Positions 1-9,606 are shown, counted from the first letter of the stretch. The stretch is 64,000 nt of DNA from Burkholderiaceae bacterium (GCA_043788365.1 JAYVTZ010000011.1:31272-95271); one strand, 5' to 3'. Notes: a model not told the origin generated them from the letters alone. Translations and numbers: made by a program.

Positions 1-356
1 AACTCGTGTGATGCGTCGGCTGTGAAGCGGTTTTGAGCTTCCATAGCCGTTTCGATTGGCAGTAAGGTTCTTAGAGCCAGGTAGTAACTTATTACCGCGC
101 CTAGGCCGAGTGCAATGATATTAAATGCTATCAGACTAGTTCGAAGTCTAGAGCTGCCCTCTTCAAGTCGTTCTTGACGGAATTGCTCAAATTCAACTTG
201 GCGCAGGTTAATCTGAATATTTGGTGGTGGTAGTCTTAGGCTGTGGTTTAGCTCACGGCCAGAGATTCTGAATAATACAAAACTAAAACTGAGGCTCATC
301 ACCATAATGATTGATAGATAGGATAAAGCCAGCTTTAGTCGGGCTGATTTTAACAT
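1..356 (-). CDS. Sensor histidine kinase, N-terminal part (gene runs off the left edge)
   Basis: Absent from ORF track because truncated. Minus-strand ATG at 356 overlaps the regulator stop (TAATG). My translation: MLKSARLKLALSYLSIIMVMSLSFSFVLF...LIAFNIIALGLGAVISYYLAL...NRFTADASHE, i.e. two TM helices then the HisKA H-box. Confidence 0.8.
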   Translation of the reverse strand, partial: MLKSARLKLALSYLSIIMVMSLSFSFVLFRISGRELNHSLRLPPPNIQINLRQVEFEQFRQERLEEGSSRLRTSLIAFNIIALGLGAVISYYLALRTLLPIETAMEAQNRFTADASHE

Positions 357-1036
357 TAGTTTTTGCCACCCAACTTATAACCAAAGCCACGAATCGTGTT
401 TATTATCTCGGGACCTTTGAACGGCTTATCGACTTTATTTCTTAGATAGCCGACGTAAACTTCCACAGTGTTAGGTAGAACATCGGCGTCAAAGTCCCAG
501 ACGTGATCGATAATCGTTTCTTTTGACACGATACGGCCGGGGTTACGCATTAGATATTCTAAGAGCGCAAACTCTCTTCTGGTCAGTGCTATTACCTTAC
601 CGGCACGCGTAACGACGTAGTTATTAACATCAAGAGTTAAGTCTCCAAACTCCAAGATGTTTGTGATGGTGTCGTGGGGTCGTCTTAGTAGTGCTCGTAG
701 TCGCGCCAATAGCTCTTCAAAAGCGAAGGGCTTAACAAGGTAGTCATCGGCCCCAGCATTTAAGCCGTCAACTCGGTCTTGAACTTTATCTTTGGCGGTA
801 AGTAGCAGTATTGGGGTGTGGTCTTGATTCTGTCTGAGCTGTTTGCATATCTCCAGACCATCAAGTGAGCCCGGTAACATCCGATCAAGAATTATTAAAT
901 CATAAGTGTCATTGAGAGCGCTTGATAGACCGCTATCAGCGTCATAGACTAGGTCGACTGCAAATCCTTCTTGCTCTAATCCTTGCCGCAAGGCGTTGGC
1001 AACCTTGTGTTCATCTTCGACTAGTAATACCTTCAT
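356..1036 (-). CDS. OmpR/PhoB-family response regulator
   Basis: Receiver domain (MKVLLVEDE...DLIILDRMLPG...VKPF) plus winged-helix output (TRREFALLEYL...RGFGYKL). Confidence 0.92.
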   Translation of the reverse strand: MKVLLVEDEHKVANALRQGLEQEGFAVDLVYDADSGLSSALNDTYDLIILDRMLPGSLDGLEICKQLRQNQDHTPILLLTAKDKVQDRVDGLNAGADDYLVKPFAFEELLARLRALLRRPHDTITNILEFGDLTLDVNNYVVTRAGKVIALTRREFALLEYLMRNPGRIVSKETIIDHVWDFDADVLPNTVEVYVGYLRNKVDKPFKGPEIINTIRGFGYKLGGKN

Positions 1037-1103
1037 GACTATAATTGTAGGCTATTTTTTGAGGATTAGCTGAGGAAAATGGGATTTTGTTGACTAAGAA
1101 ATA

Positions 1104-1132
1104 TTGACAAATACAACCATTAGTAATATAAT
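1104..1132 (+). promoter_or_regulatory. Consensus sigma70-type promoter (TTGACA-17 nt-TATAAT)
   Basis: TTGACA at 1104-1109, exactly 17 nt spacer, TATAAT at 1127-1132, about 30 nt upstream of the ORF at 1165. Confidence 0.55.
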
Positions 1133-1164
1133 ATTATGAATTAATCGAAAGTGAACTAGATAAT

Positions 1165-1419
1165 ATGTCAGTAGAATTTTCATACGGTGAAGAACACGCA
1201 GAAGTTATAGGAAGTTTAATTGAAGCTAATAATAAAAAAACAACAGTTGAACGCGAACTTTTAGTAGCAACTATTGCGCTTCAAGTAGCCCCTCTTGACG
1301 AGATAGATGAACAACGTCGCCACTTACTTAACACATCTGGTAGGTATCGGGTAGCACTAAGTGAGTTTTATCTTGCCGACAACCAAATGCCTAATTTTCG
1401 TGAAACCGAACAATCATAA
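1165..1419 (+). CDS. Small hypothetical protein (PNFR-motif paralog 1)
   Basis: 84 aa ORF behind the consensus promoter; C-terminal ADNQMPNFRE motif shared with the next ORF. Confidence 0.5.
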   Translation: MSVEFSYGEEHAEVIGSLIEANNKKTTVERELLVATIALQVAPLDEIDEQRRHLLNTSGRYRVALSEFYLADNQMPNFRETEQS

Positions 1420-1462
1420 GCGACAATAACTATTTAAATTAAGGTATGATGAGAAAAATAAT

Positions 1463-1750
1463 ATGTCAAAAAACTTTAAATTAGACGAAATGCAAGCGAG
1501 GGCTGTTTGGGAAGCAAACGAAGCTTTTGATGTCAAACAATATGCACATCAGGCCTTTAGAGCAGTTACTGACGATCTTTCTAGGCTAACCCCAAAAGAC
1601 CGAGCTAAAAAAGATAACGTACTTTATACTTTTGAAGAGGCCTATGTTGAGGCCCGAAAAGACTTTGCCGAGGCTATTGATAACACTCCAAATTTTCGTA
1701 AACTAGCAATGAGTGTTGTAGCTAGCCAAGCCGAACTCCAGGGTGAGTAG
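1463..1750 (+). CDS. Small hypothetical protein (PNFR-motif paralog 2)
   Basis: 95 aa ORF; AIDNTPNFRK motif parallels the preceding ORF. Confidence 0.5.
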   Translation: MSKNFKLDEMQARAVWEANEAFDVKQYAHQAFRAVTDDLSRLTPKDRAKKDNVLYTFEEAYVEARKDFAEAIDNTPNFRKLAMSVVASQAELQGE

Positions 1751-1767
1751 CTTAAAATCTTTTTGCC

Positions 1768-2538
1768 TCACTTCTTGTTGGGCAGTAAGAATAATACACT
1801 AGTGCGTGCTTTATAGGCTTTGTAGCCTTTATCACTTCCCCACTTTTTGTCGGCATTTTTTTCTAGTATCGGTATGCCGCTAACAAACAATAAAAGCACG
1901 ATAATAAATAACGGGCTGACTAGTCCAACCAACTGTGCTCTAGGTGTTAACGAGCTAAAAGCTACTAAGTAGACACCGCTCCAAACCTTCATTTCTCCTA
2001 AGTAGTTGGGGTGACGCGAATACTTCCAAAGACCTGACTCAATCCACTTACCTTTATTTTTAGGGCTGGTGGAGAACTTGTATTTTTGCCAATCGGCAAT
2101 AGCTTCAATCACCAGGCCGATTAACCAAACCACTACTCCAAAAATGCTTAAATTTGTTAGATGTGCAAAATGATAATGAAGAGCTAAAAGTGCCGGTATT
2201 AAAATTACCCAGACGGCTAGCCCCTGTAAAACCCAAAATCGCCCAAACTGCCAGAAACTAGTGCGCATATCATCAAAACGAGCATCCTTACCCTTCTTCC
2301 AGACCCTATAAAGTAAAAAGCTGCCAAGCCGTAACGCCCAAATTGTTACTAGACTTACGATTAACAGATGAAAACCAGTTGCATGGCAGGTCGAAAGGCC
2401 ATAAATCACCAAAATTATAAAGCTAAGCGAGTAAGATATGTCGGTAAACTTGTCGGTCTGGAGCTTAAACGCGACTAAAAACATCAAGATGTTAATGAGT
2501 AGCGAGAAGCCCAGAGCACCAATTAAGTAACTAGCCAT
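1768..2538 (-). CDS. DUF1295 / steroid 5-alpha-reductase-like polytopic membrane protein
   Basis: Multi-TM protein with C-terminal WKYSRHPNYLGE motif typical of DUF1295/ICMT-like enzymes. Confidence 0.6.
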   Translation of the reverse strand: MASYLIGALGFSLLINILMFLVAFKLQTDKFTDISYSLSFIILVIYGLSTCHATGFHLLIVSLVTIWALRLGSFLLYRVWKKGKDARFDDMRTSFWQFGRFWVLQGLAVWVILIPALLALHYHFAHLTNLSIFGVVVWLIGLVIEAIADWQKYKFSTSPKNKGKWIESGLWKYSRHPNYLGEMKVWSGVYLVAFSSLTPRAQLVGLVSPLFIIVLLLFVSGIPILEKNADKKWGSDKGYKAYKARTSVLFLLPNKK

Positions 2539-2799
2539 ATTACATATAAGTTTATCATGAACAAGCTAGCTTTTATTATGCGTTTTGGACTGACATAGCC
2601 CAAACTTAACTGGTTGCCTAAAACTTAATCTGGATTCTGAGCGAAACCATCAGCACCAAGGCTGAGATTGCTAGTAGGCGTTTTTTGTTGATTGTGCTGT
2701 TTGTTTTTGTCATTTTTATTTTTTTAAGTAACCTTAGGAACCATTTTAGTCCAGCTTTGAATATTTTTCAAACTGGTTAAGTTAAAACTATTCGGACTA

Positions 2800-3849
2800 A
2801 TGACCGTGTCCCCTGTAATAGTGGTGGATAATATGAGATACTGTCATGAAATGAATAAACAATATATTGCCAAATCATTAAAAATTACGAATTTCAATAT
2901 TCATTTGCGCGCTATCGAGAATCGCTTGGTTGAGATTCTGAATACTGCACCTGATAATATAAAAATTCCTCTACAGAATATCGTACGAGCTGGTTCTAAA
3001 CGACTTCGACCGGCATTTATAATCTCGATGATAGAGAGCTACGGGTTGCAAATTGATGATATGGTCATCGAGCTGTGTGTTTCAGTTGAGCTATTACACC
3101 TGTCAAGCCTTGTGCACGATGATATTATCGATAAATCTGAGACTAGGTGGTCAGTACCTACAATTAATAGTCAGTATGGCGATGGTGTGGCTGTTCTGGC
3201 TGGCGATTATCTGATTAGCTTGTCGTTAGAAGTTGCAGCTAAATACGACCCGCAGGCATTTCTTTTTCTCAACGATGCCTTTAAGAAAATGGTTATTGGG
3301 CAGGCACTTGAGCTGCAAGATACACATAATAAACAGCGTACTATCAACGCTTATTTACGTACTATTGATGGTAAAACGGTAGCCTTATTTAGCGCCAGTT
3401 GTCAGATAGCTGCTATCGTGTGCAAACTTAGTCCCGAAGAACTGGTGGCGGTAGAGGAGTTTAGTAAATATTTTGGCAGAGCGTTTCAGATACTCGATGA
3501 TATTTTAGATTTCATAGGCGATAAAACTGGTAAACAGACTGGTGTCGATATTGTCGCCGGTGTTTACACCCTGCCCATAATACTTGCCCTTAAACAAGAC
3601 ACTAAAGCCGTAGTTAAGAGTCGGTTAGATAGTAAGAGTGGTACTAAACACAAACAACTAATAAGTGGTCTAGTTGGTAACGGCCAGATCGCTGACGCCC
3701 TAAAGGCCGTTGACTATAACGTTGATGCTGCAGCTAAAGCTCTGAGTGTATTTGCTGGTTCAAGGCTTGTCGGATTAAAATCATTTCCCGCGGCATATCT
3801 AAAATGGACTATCGCAAATCAAATGACTATAAGTGTGAAAACGGACTAA
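2800..3849 (+). CDS. trans-Polyprenyl diphosphate synthase (predicted long-chain product)
   Basis: Both Asp-rich motifs present (LVHDDIID and FQILDDILDF). True start may be an internal Met (MRY.. or MNK..). Confidence 0.85.
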   Translation: MTVSPVIVVDNMRYCHEMNKQYIAKSLKITNFNIHLRAIENRLVEILNTAPDNIKIPLQNIVRAGSKRLRPAFIISMIESYGLQIDDMVIELCVSVELLHLSSLVHDDIIDKSETRWSVPTINSQYGDGVAVLAGDYLISLSLEVAAKYDPQAFLFLNDAFKKMVIGQALELQDTHNKQRTINAYLRTIDGKTVALFSASCQIAAIVCKLSPEELVAVEEFSKYFGRAFQILDDILDFIGDKTGKQTGVDIVAGVYTLPIILALKQDTKAVVKSRLDSKSGTKHKQLISGLVGNGQIADALKAVDYNVDAAAKALSVFAGSRLVGLKSFPAAYLKWTIANQMTISVKTD

Positions 3850-4106
3850 ATCTGGGCTTTGATGGTTTGTAGTCTTTTGCGGGCAATGGCGGTTTCGGCT
3901 AATGACACGGTTATAAAAACCAGGCCACTTATGCAGCTCTGTTTAAGATGCGCTGGATGCAGGTAGACTAGATATGTCCCAGTAGCCAAAGTACTTGTTA
4001 TTAGTACGTTGGCGATCCGTTGGCGTTTGGCTGACGGCAAGACAACGTTAAGTGTTGTTAGTAGTAGGCTTGTTAAGGCGCTGATGATGTGGGTTATTAA
4101 TAACAT
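3846..4106 (-). CDS. Small membrane protein, last gene of the cyo operon
   Basis: 86 aa, three hydrophobic segments, 12 nt downstream of cyoE on the same strand. Confidence 0.45.
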   Translation of the reverse strand: MLLITHIISALTSLLLTTLNVVLPSAKRQRIANVLITSTLATGTYLVYLHPAHLKQSCISGLVFITVSLAETAIARKRLQTIKAQI

Positions 4107-4118
4107 TTTTTCTTCTGT

Positions 4119-5003
4119 TTAAATTTTAACTAAAAACGAATTAACTGATATTAGTAGGCTAAATATCAGAAGCGATAAGAGTGAGTAGCCAAACATTTGA
4201 TGCGCCCATTTATCGCTATCTTTTGTGTGATAGCCGCTAATCCCCTTCCATAACCAAAAAAGTCCACTGGCTGACATTACGACTAGATATGTCTTAGAAG
4301 TAAAGCCATAAGCGTATAGTAGAACAGTTGCTACAATAAATGCAATGATATAGCCGATAATCGATCGTTTAGTGGCATTAATACCGCTAGTAATCGAACG
4401 AACAGGTAGTTTGGCGGCTTTGTAGTCTTTTAGCGAATATATGGCAATGGAGTAGAAGTGAGGCATTTGCCAAAAAGTCATAATTAGCAATAGGAGCCAC
4501 GCGCCTCGGTCAAAGCGGCCAGCTACAGCACAGTAACCGGCTACTAGTGCCATTGACCCGGAAACGCTACCGATTATGGTTGAGAAGCTAGTGTGGCGCT
4601 TAGAGACTGCATAAAGCCCAACATAGACAATGTAGCCAATCAGCCCAATCAATAATACCAGGCTATTTAAACCACTAACCAGAACCCCAAAACCAAGTAG
4701 CCCCAAAATGGTTCCGAAAACAAGCGCACACTTACTGGATATTTCACCCGTTATCAGCGCTCGTTTTTTGGTTCGCTTCATCTGGCTGTCGATGTGGCGA
4801 TCAGTATAGTTATTGATCACGCAGCCTGAAGCAATTATTAAACTAATACTAACTAGTGTATAAGCGAGTAAGTTGAAGTTTACATGGCCTTTTGAGGCGA
4901 ATAAAAACCCGGCTATCGCAGTCATTAAGTTACCGCGAATAATACCCGTCTTAGTAAGCGATAGATAGGCCTTGAATTTAGTGACGGCTAAGGCATTATT
5001 CAT
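4119..5003 (-). CDS. cyoE: Protoheme IX farnesyltransferase (heme O synthase)
   Basis: UbiA-fold protein with YLSLTKTGI and NNYTDRHIDSQMKRTKKR motifs; 4-nt overlap with cyoD. Confidence 0.85.
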   Translation of the reverse strand: MNNALAVTKFKAYLSLTKTGIIRGNLMTAIAGFLFASKGHVNFNLLAYTLVSISLIIASGCVINNYTDRHIDSQMKRTKKRALITGEISSKCALVFGTILGLLGFGVLVSGLNSLVLLIGLIGYIVYVGLYAVSKRHTSFSTIIGSVSGSMALVAGYCAVAGRFDRGAWLLLLIMTFWQMPHFYSIAIYSLKDYKAAKLPVRSITSGINATKRSIIGYIIAFIVATVLLYAYGFTSKTYLVVMSASGLFWLWKGISGYHTKDSDKWAHQMFGYSLLSLLIFSLLISVNSFLVKI

Positions 5004-5695
5004 TTTGCAGTTACAGTAAAATCGCCTGTCACTAAGGGATCAAGATGGTCGTGAAACTGATATGTGCCAGTAAGACTAAGAGTGATAGTTTTATTTACGC
5101 CTTTACGTACAGATAGCTCAGACTCGCCAGCGTAAGTCTGGTGCTCTGGGTGTGGTCCGAAGGCAATATCTCGTGGAACGCTATCAAGGTCGATGAATGT
5201 CAAGGTGTCACATTGAGCCGCATTAGTATGAGATGGCGTAGCTTTCCCGGCACTAATTGTAACTGTATGATTTGCTAGGAGCTGCTGGCAAGCACCAGTC
5301 TTCTTGCCGCCGACCTGGTAGATACTTTCTGTCTCGGCTAGTTTTAGTGAGACTTCTGAGGGAGTCATGTTGTAGTGCAAATGACTCATAATAAATATCG
5401 ACCCCCCCACAACTACCAGAATTATTGCAATTGTTGAAACAAAGAAGACAACGTTGTAAAGCGGCTTTGGTCCTCGGCCCAAGTGCAAAAAGAAAAATAT
5501 CTGTACCACCATCTGTATTATGCCAATTCCAACTATCGTAACTAATAGTATCGTACCCGACACTGTATGATTAACTACCAGGTAATAAGGTATGAATGTG
5601 AACAGTAGCGACAATATAAAACCAATGACATAAGATTGCATCGTCCCGTGTTCTTGATTACTGCGCGGTAAGTTACTCATCTCATCAGACTCCAC
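5000..5695 (-). CDS. cyoD: Quinol oxidase subunit IV (CyoD) fused to a C-terminal ~120 aa extracytoplasmic beta-rich domain
   Basis: The first ~108 aa align by eye with CyoD (three TM, ...SHLHYNM). The rest has no TM, two Cys and His-rich strands (HPEH, FHDH). Confidence 0.8.
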   Translation of the reverse strand: MESDEMSNLPRSNQEHGTMQSYVIGFILSLLFTFIPYYLVVNHTVSGTILLVTIVGIGIIQMVVQIFFFLHLGRGPKPLYNVVFFVSTIAIILVVVGGSIFIMSHLHYNMTPSEVSLKLAETESIYQVGGKKTGACQQLLANHTVTISAGKATPSHTNAAQCDTLTFIDLDSVPRDIAFGPHPEHQTYAGESELSVRKGVNKTITLSLTGTYQFHDHLDPLVTGDFTVTAK

Positions 5696-5764
5696 TCAAT
5701 CTTAAAGATTTCGTTTTTTTTATTGCAATCCAGCAGTTATTAACTGCCCTAGAGCCAGCTAAAA

Positions 5765-6376
5765 TCATACAAATGACCTCAAATATACAATAGTGAAAAT
5801 AAATATCCAGACAATATCAAGGAAATGCCAAAACAGGCTGAGCATGGCAAGCTTTCGTATCAGGTGTGAATTTAGACCACGCTTGACGACATAGGCCAGC
5901 GTAATGGCCATCCATAGTAGTCCAGAAGTAATGTGCAGTCCGTGGGTGCCGACTAAGACAAAGAAAGATGACAAGAAAGCGTTACTTTGGATAGTTAGGC
6001 CGTCGTGAATCAGTTTAGAAAATTCATTTAGCTCAAGCCCCAAAAATGATAAACCGAGTACAAACGTAATTGCAAACCACATAAGAGTTTGGCGCTTGTT
6101 CCCACTTCTGGCCGCGATCATTGCGATGCCACAAGTGAAACTACTGGTAAGTAATATTAGGGTTTCAGTTAGTGCTAGGTGTAGGCTGAAGAGCTCCTTC
6201 GCCGACTTACCGCCAAATGTGTTATCGTGTAAAACTGCATAAACAGCGAATAAGACAGAAAACATCAAAAGGTCAGTCATCAAGTAGACCCAGAAGCCAA
6301 ACATTGCCCTATCATTGGCCTCGGCTTCGTGGTGGCTGACCGCTTGTTCTTCTACTTCTTCTACCATTTGCGCCAC
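5765..6376 (-). CDS. cyoC: Quinol oxidase subunit III
   Basis: Five-TM COX3-like protein (...GTHGLHITSGL...FWHFLDIVWIF). Confidence 0.88.
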   Translation of the reverse strand: MAQMVEEVEEQAVSHHEAEANDRAMFGFWVYLMTDLLMFSVLFAVYAVLHDNTFGGKSAKELFSLHLALTETLILLTSSFTCGIAMIAARSGNKRQTLMWFAITFVLGLSFLGLELNEFSKLIHDGLTIQSNAFLSSFFVLVGTHGLHITSGLLWMAITLAYVVKRGLNSHLIRKLAMLSLFWHFLDIVWIFIFTIVYLRSFV

Positions 6377-8451
6377 CTTTTGTTACGAATTACGTCGATG
6401 ACGAATGCGTAAACAACTTTTATAAGATCTCTTAAACCCATTTCTTCGAAATCATCATCACTGGCTTTATGATTGAATGTCTCAGTCTTTTTAATTCTAT
6501 CCTCTTCAAGTTTCTGTACCTCAGCTGCTGTCAGTGTATATTCTGTTTCATCGTTGAATGTGCGCATAACGAAGACAACGATAATACCAACTATCCCAAC
6601 AATGGCTAGCCAAACAATTTCCCAAACAAAAGCAAAACCGACAAGGAATGCAAAGCCGGCGATATAGATGCCTTCAGGAATATTTTTAGGGATGTGGATA
6701 TCTTCGTAGGAGGGTTTAGCAAGGCCTTGATGTTTCATTTCCCAAAATGTATCTTGGGTTGTTACTTCTGGAATAACGGTAAAATTATAGAATGGTGGCG
6801 CTGAGGCAGTTGCCCACTCCAGTGTGCGTCCGTCCCAAGGGTCGCCAGTCGTATCACGATGATGGTTTTTTTGAATAAAGGTGGCTAAGATTTGAGCGAG
6901 CTGCAGTGCCACGCCAAGCATGATGATAATGCCACCAAGAAGCATCATTATAAATAGCGGTTGCCAGCCAGTCGAGGCGTCGTAATGGTCTAGTCTCCTA
7001 GTGGCACCCATAATCCCGAGTACATACATTGGTATAAAAGACATACAGAAACCAATCATCCAGCACCAAAAGGCGTAACGACCAATCCGTTCGTTTAGCT
7101 TGTAGCCGGTAATTTTAGGAAACCAATAGTTAATACCGCAGAAAACACCGAACAGTACTCCACCAACCACCATCGAATGGAAGTGTGCGACTAAAAACAG
7201 GCTGTTATGTAGTTGGAAGTCGGCCGGAGGTACGGCAAGTAGTACGCCAGCTATTCCGCCGATTGCGAAAATAATTACAAATCCAAGGAACCAAAGCATG
7301 GGCGTGTCATAACGTATCCGGCCTTTATACATAGTCGCAATCCAGGTAAAGAATAAAACTGAAGTAGGTATAGCAATTATCATCGTCATGAGACCAAAGA
7401 AAGCGTTCACGTCGGCACCTGCCCCCATCGTAAAGAAGTGATGGAGCCAAACCGATAAAGCAAAGGCCGAAACACCAATCATGCCTACGACGTTAGACTT
7501 ATAGCTGGCGATTGGTTTACGGCTAAACGTTGAGACTACTTCAGAAAAAACGCCAAATGAAGGTAACATCAAAATATAGACTTCGGGGTGACCCCACATC
7601 CAAATAAGGTTGGTATACATCATTGGGTCACCTCCTCCAGTAATTGTAAAGAAGTGAGCCCCAAAATATCGATCAAAAAACATTAAAAATAATGTCATGG
7701 TCAGGAGTGGAAAAACAGTTACGGCCATAATCATGCTGCATAGTGAGCCCCATGTGAACAATGGCATTTTGCCGAGTGTCATGCCAGGCGCACGCATTTT
7801 TAGAATTGTCATAATAAAGTTAATGGCACCGAGTGTCGTACCAATACCAGATATCTGTAAGCTCCATATCCAGTAATCTACTCCTACTCCTGGGCTAAAC
7901 AGCTTACCTGACAGTGGTGCAACAGCTAGCCACCCGGTTGCAGCGTATTGTCCGCCGAACAAGAAGAACATGTTAACCATAATGACTCCGGCAACAAATA
8001 GCCAAAATCCGAGCGTGTTTAAGAATGGTGAGGCTAGGTCACGAGCGCCAATTTGCAGAGGCACAATATAGTTAATTAGGCCAAACACAAAACCCATAGC
8101 GACGAAGAAGACCATGATGTTGCCATGGGCTGTAAAAATTTGCTGGAAGTGGTCAGCCGACAAGTAGCCATGTGAGGCACCAGATGACAGGGCTTGTTGG
8201 AGCCAAATCATTATTGCGTCTAGGCCGCCGCGCAGCAACATGAATCCCGAAACGAGGAAGTACATAATGCCGATTTTCTTCGGGTCAACTGACGTCAGCC
8301 ATTCACGCCACAGCCACTTCCAACGTTTCATCCGAGTTATGACAATTATGATAAGAAGGGCTAGTCCTCCAAAAGCCAAAGTTCCGCCGATAGTAAACCA
8401 TTCGTGCGGTAAGGCCTCTAGGTTCAATTTACCAATTAGTAACTCTTTCAT
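6361..8451 (-). CDS. cyoB: Heme-copper oxidase subunit I (quinol oxidase type)
   Basis: Canonical HCO subunit I motifs (WMWGHPEVYIL, FLVAHFH, HHFFTMG), 696 aa. Confidence 0.95.
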   Translation of the reverse strand: MKELLIGKLNLEALPHEWFTIGGTLAFGGLALLIIIVITRMKRWKWLWREWLTSVDPKKIGIMYFLVSGFMLLRGGLDAIMIWLQQALSSGASHGYLSADHFQQIFTAHGNIMVFFVAMGFVFGLINYIVPLQIGARDLASPFLNTLGFWLFVAGVIMVNMFFLFGGQYAATGWLAVAPLSGKLFSPGVGVDYWIWSLQISGIGTTLGAINFIMTILKMRAPGMTLGKMPLFTWGSLCSMIMAVTVFPLLTMTLFLMFFDRYFGAHFFTITGGGDPMMYTNLIWMWGHPEVYILMLPSFGVFSEVVSTFSRKPIASYKSNVVGMIGVSAFALSVWLHHFFTMGAGADVNAFFGLMTMIIAIPTSVLFFTWIATMYKGRIRYDTPMLWFLGFVIIFAIGGIAGVLLAVPPADFQLHNSLFLVAHFHSMVVGGVLFGVFCGINYWFPKITGYKLNERIGRYAFWCWMIGFCMSFIPMYVLGIMGATRRLDHYDASTGWQPLFIMMLLGGIIIMLGVALQLAQILATFIQKNHHRDTTGDPWDGRTLEWATASAPPFYNFTVIPEVTTQDTFWEMKHQGLAKPSYEDIHIPKNIPEGIYIAGFAFLVGFAFVWEIVWLAIVGIVGIIVVFVMRTFNDETEYTLTAAEVQKLEEDRIKKTETFNHKASDDDFEEMGLRDLIKVVYAFVIDVIRNKRWRKW

Positions 8452-9353
8452 TGTTTTGCCGTCCCGTGATTGTGCGATCCTGAGTATTTGTTTAGTACTT
8501 TATCATAAAGGCCGTTATCGGCATTTGAGAAGATTGCTATTGGATTATTTTCACTTGGCACCAATAACTTGGTGTATTCACTAGTGTCTAATGGGGTCGA
8601 AGACGTCTGAACCTCGCTTACCCATTGGTCAAATTCTAGTCTTGTACTAGCATGGGTAATAAATTTCATGTCGGCAAAGCCAGCGCCATTTATTTCGGCC
8701 GTTCGACCAGTATAATCTCCTGGCGTACTTGCCATGAGATTAAGCTGGTTTATGTGCCCGGTCATGGCGTATAGTTGCCCGCCGAGCTGAGGAATCCAGA
8801 ATGAACTCATTGGCGTCTCGTCAGCTGTTAGTTCAAATTGTATTGGTGTATCAACAGGTACTTGAACATAGTTTATGGTCGAAATGCTCTGTTCCGGATA
8901 AATAAATAACCATTTCCAGCGTAGAGCGACTACTTGAATCTTGAGCGGCTTGTTATCGCTAACAATTAGCTTATGTTGATCAAGCTTATGTGCTGCCGGC
9001 CACATGACTGTAGCCAATATAAGTGCGAAAACACTAGGAATTGCCCAGAGACTAAACACGAAGAACTTTCCGTGATGTGTTGAGGCGTCGTAAGTAGCTT
9101 TTTCGTTAGACTCTCTGTATTTCCAGGCAGTAAAGTAAAGCAAAATAAGTGTAGGGATACCGATTAGTAGCATTAGTGCTACCGAAAACTTAATCAGACC
9201 AAACTGCTGTTCTGCAATTACCCCTTTTGGGTTAAATAATGCAACATTTGTGCCCTGTAGTATCGATGTAATTAGCAGCCCTAACCCCGCTAAACCCAAA
9301 AGAACTCGAGGTACAAACCTGCCGTGATGTAACTTTTTTTGTGGCTTTGCCAT
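8448..9353 (-). CDS. cyoA: Quinol oxidase subunit II (no CuA site)
   Basis: Two N-terminal TM plus a cupredoxin domain resembling E. coli CyoA (SSFWIPQLGGQLYAMTGHINQL...GAGFADMKF). CuA Cys/His ligands absent. Confidence 0.9.
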   Translation of the reverse strand: MAKPQKKLHHGRFVPRVLLGLAGLGLLITSILQGTNVALFNPKGVIAEQQFGLIKFSVALMLLIGIPTLILLYFTAWKYRESNEKATYDASTHHGKFFVFSLWAIPSVFALILATVMWPAAHKLDQHKLIVSDNKPLKIQVVALRWKWLFIYPEQSISTINYVQVPVDTPIQFELTADETPMSSFWIPQLGGQLYAMTGHINQLNLMASTPGDYTGRTAEINGAGFADMKFITHASTRLEFDQWVSEVQTSSTPLDTSEYTKLLVPSENNPIAIFSNADNGLYDKVLNKYSGSHNHGTAKQ

Positions 9354-9606
9354 GATACTCCGTTACCACTATATTAACTCAAGCATTATACAATAGCTAC
9401 ACCACCAGAACTTCATATTTTGTGTATCAAAATAATTATGTTTTGGTATCACTTAACTTTCTTTGCATTAACTTTATATAAACGGACATCTATATAGAGT
9501 AGCAGTGCTAATAACTGCCGTATGGGATTATTTCTCAGTTAAAACTCAATCTAAGGCTCTAATATGTGTCGGTCTAGATGTTATAATAAAATTCAAAAAG
9601 GATAAG

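Noticed and set aside
6473-8584. ORFs 6473-6667(+) and 8240-8584(+) in the ORF track
   Set aside because: They lie fully antisense to cyoB/cyoA, whose identity is unambiguous. They have low-complexity translations and no RBS.
9505-9606. N-terminal 34 codons of the track ORF 9505-10683 (GTG start)
   Set aside because: ATG 9607 with an AAGGA RBS gives an N-terminus aligned with the start of the FNR-type FAD domain. The upstream part lies in AT-rich promoter-like sequence.
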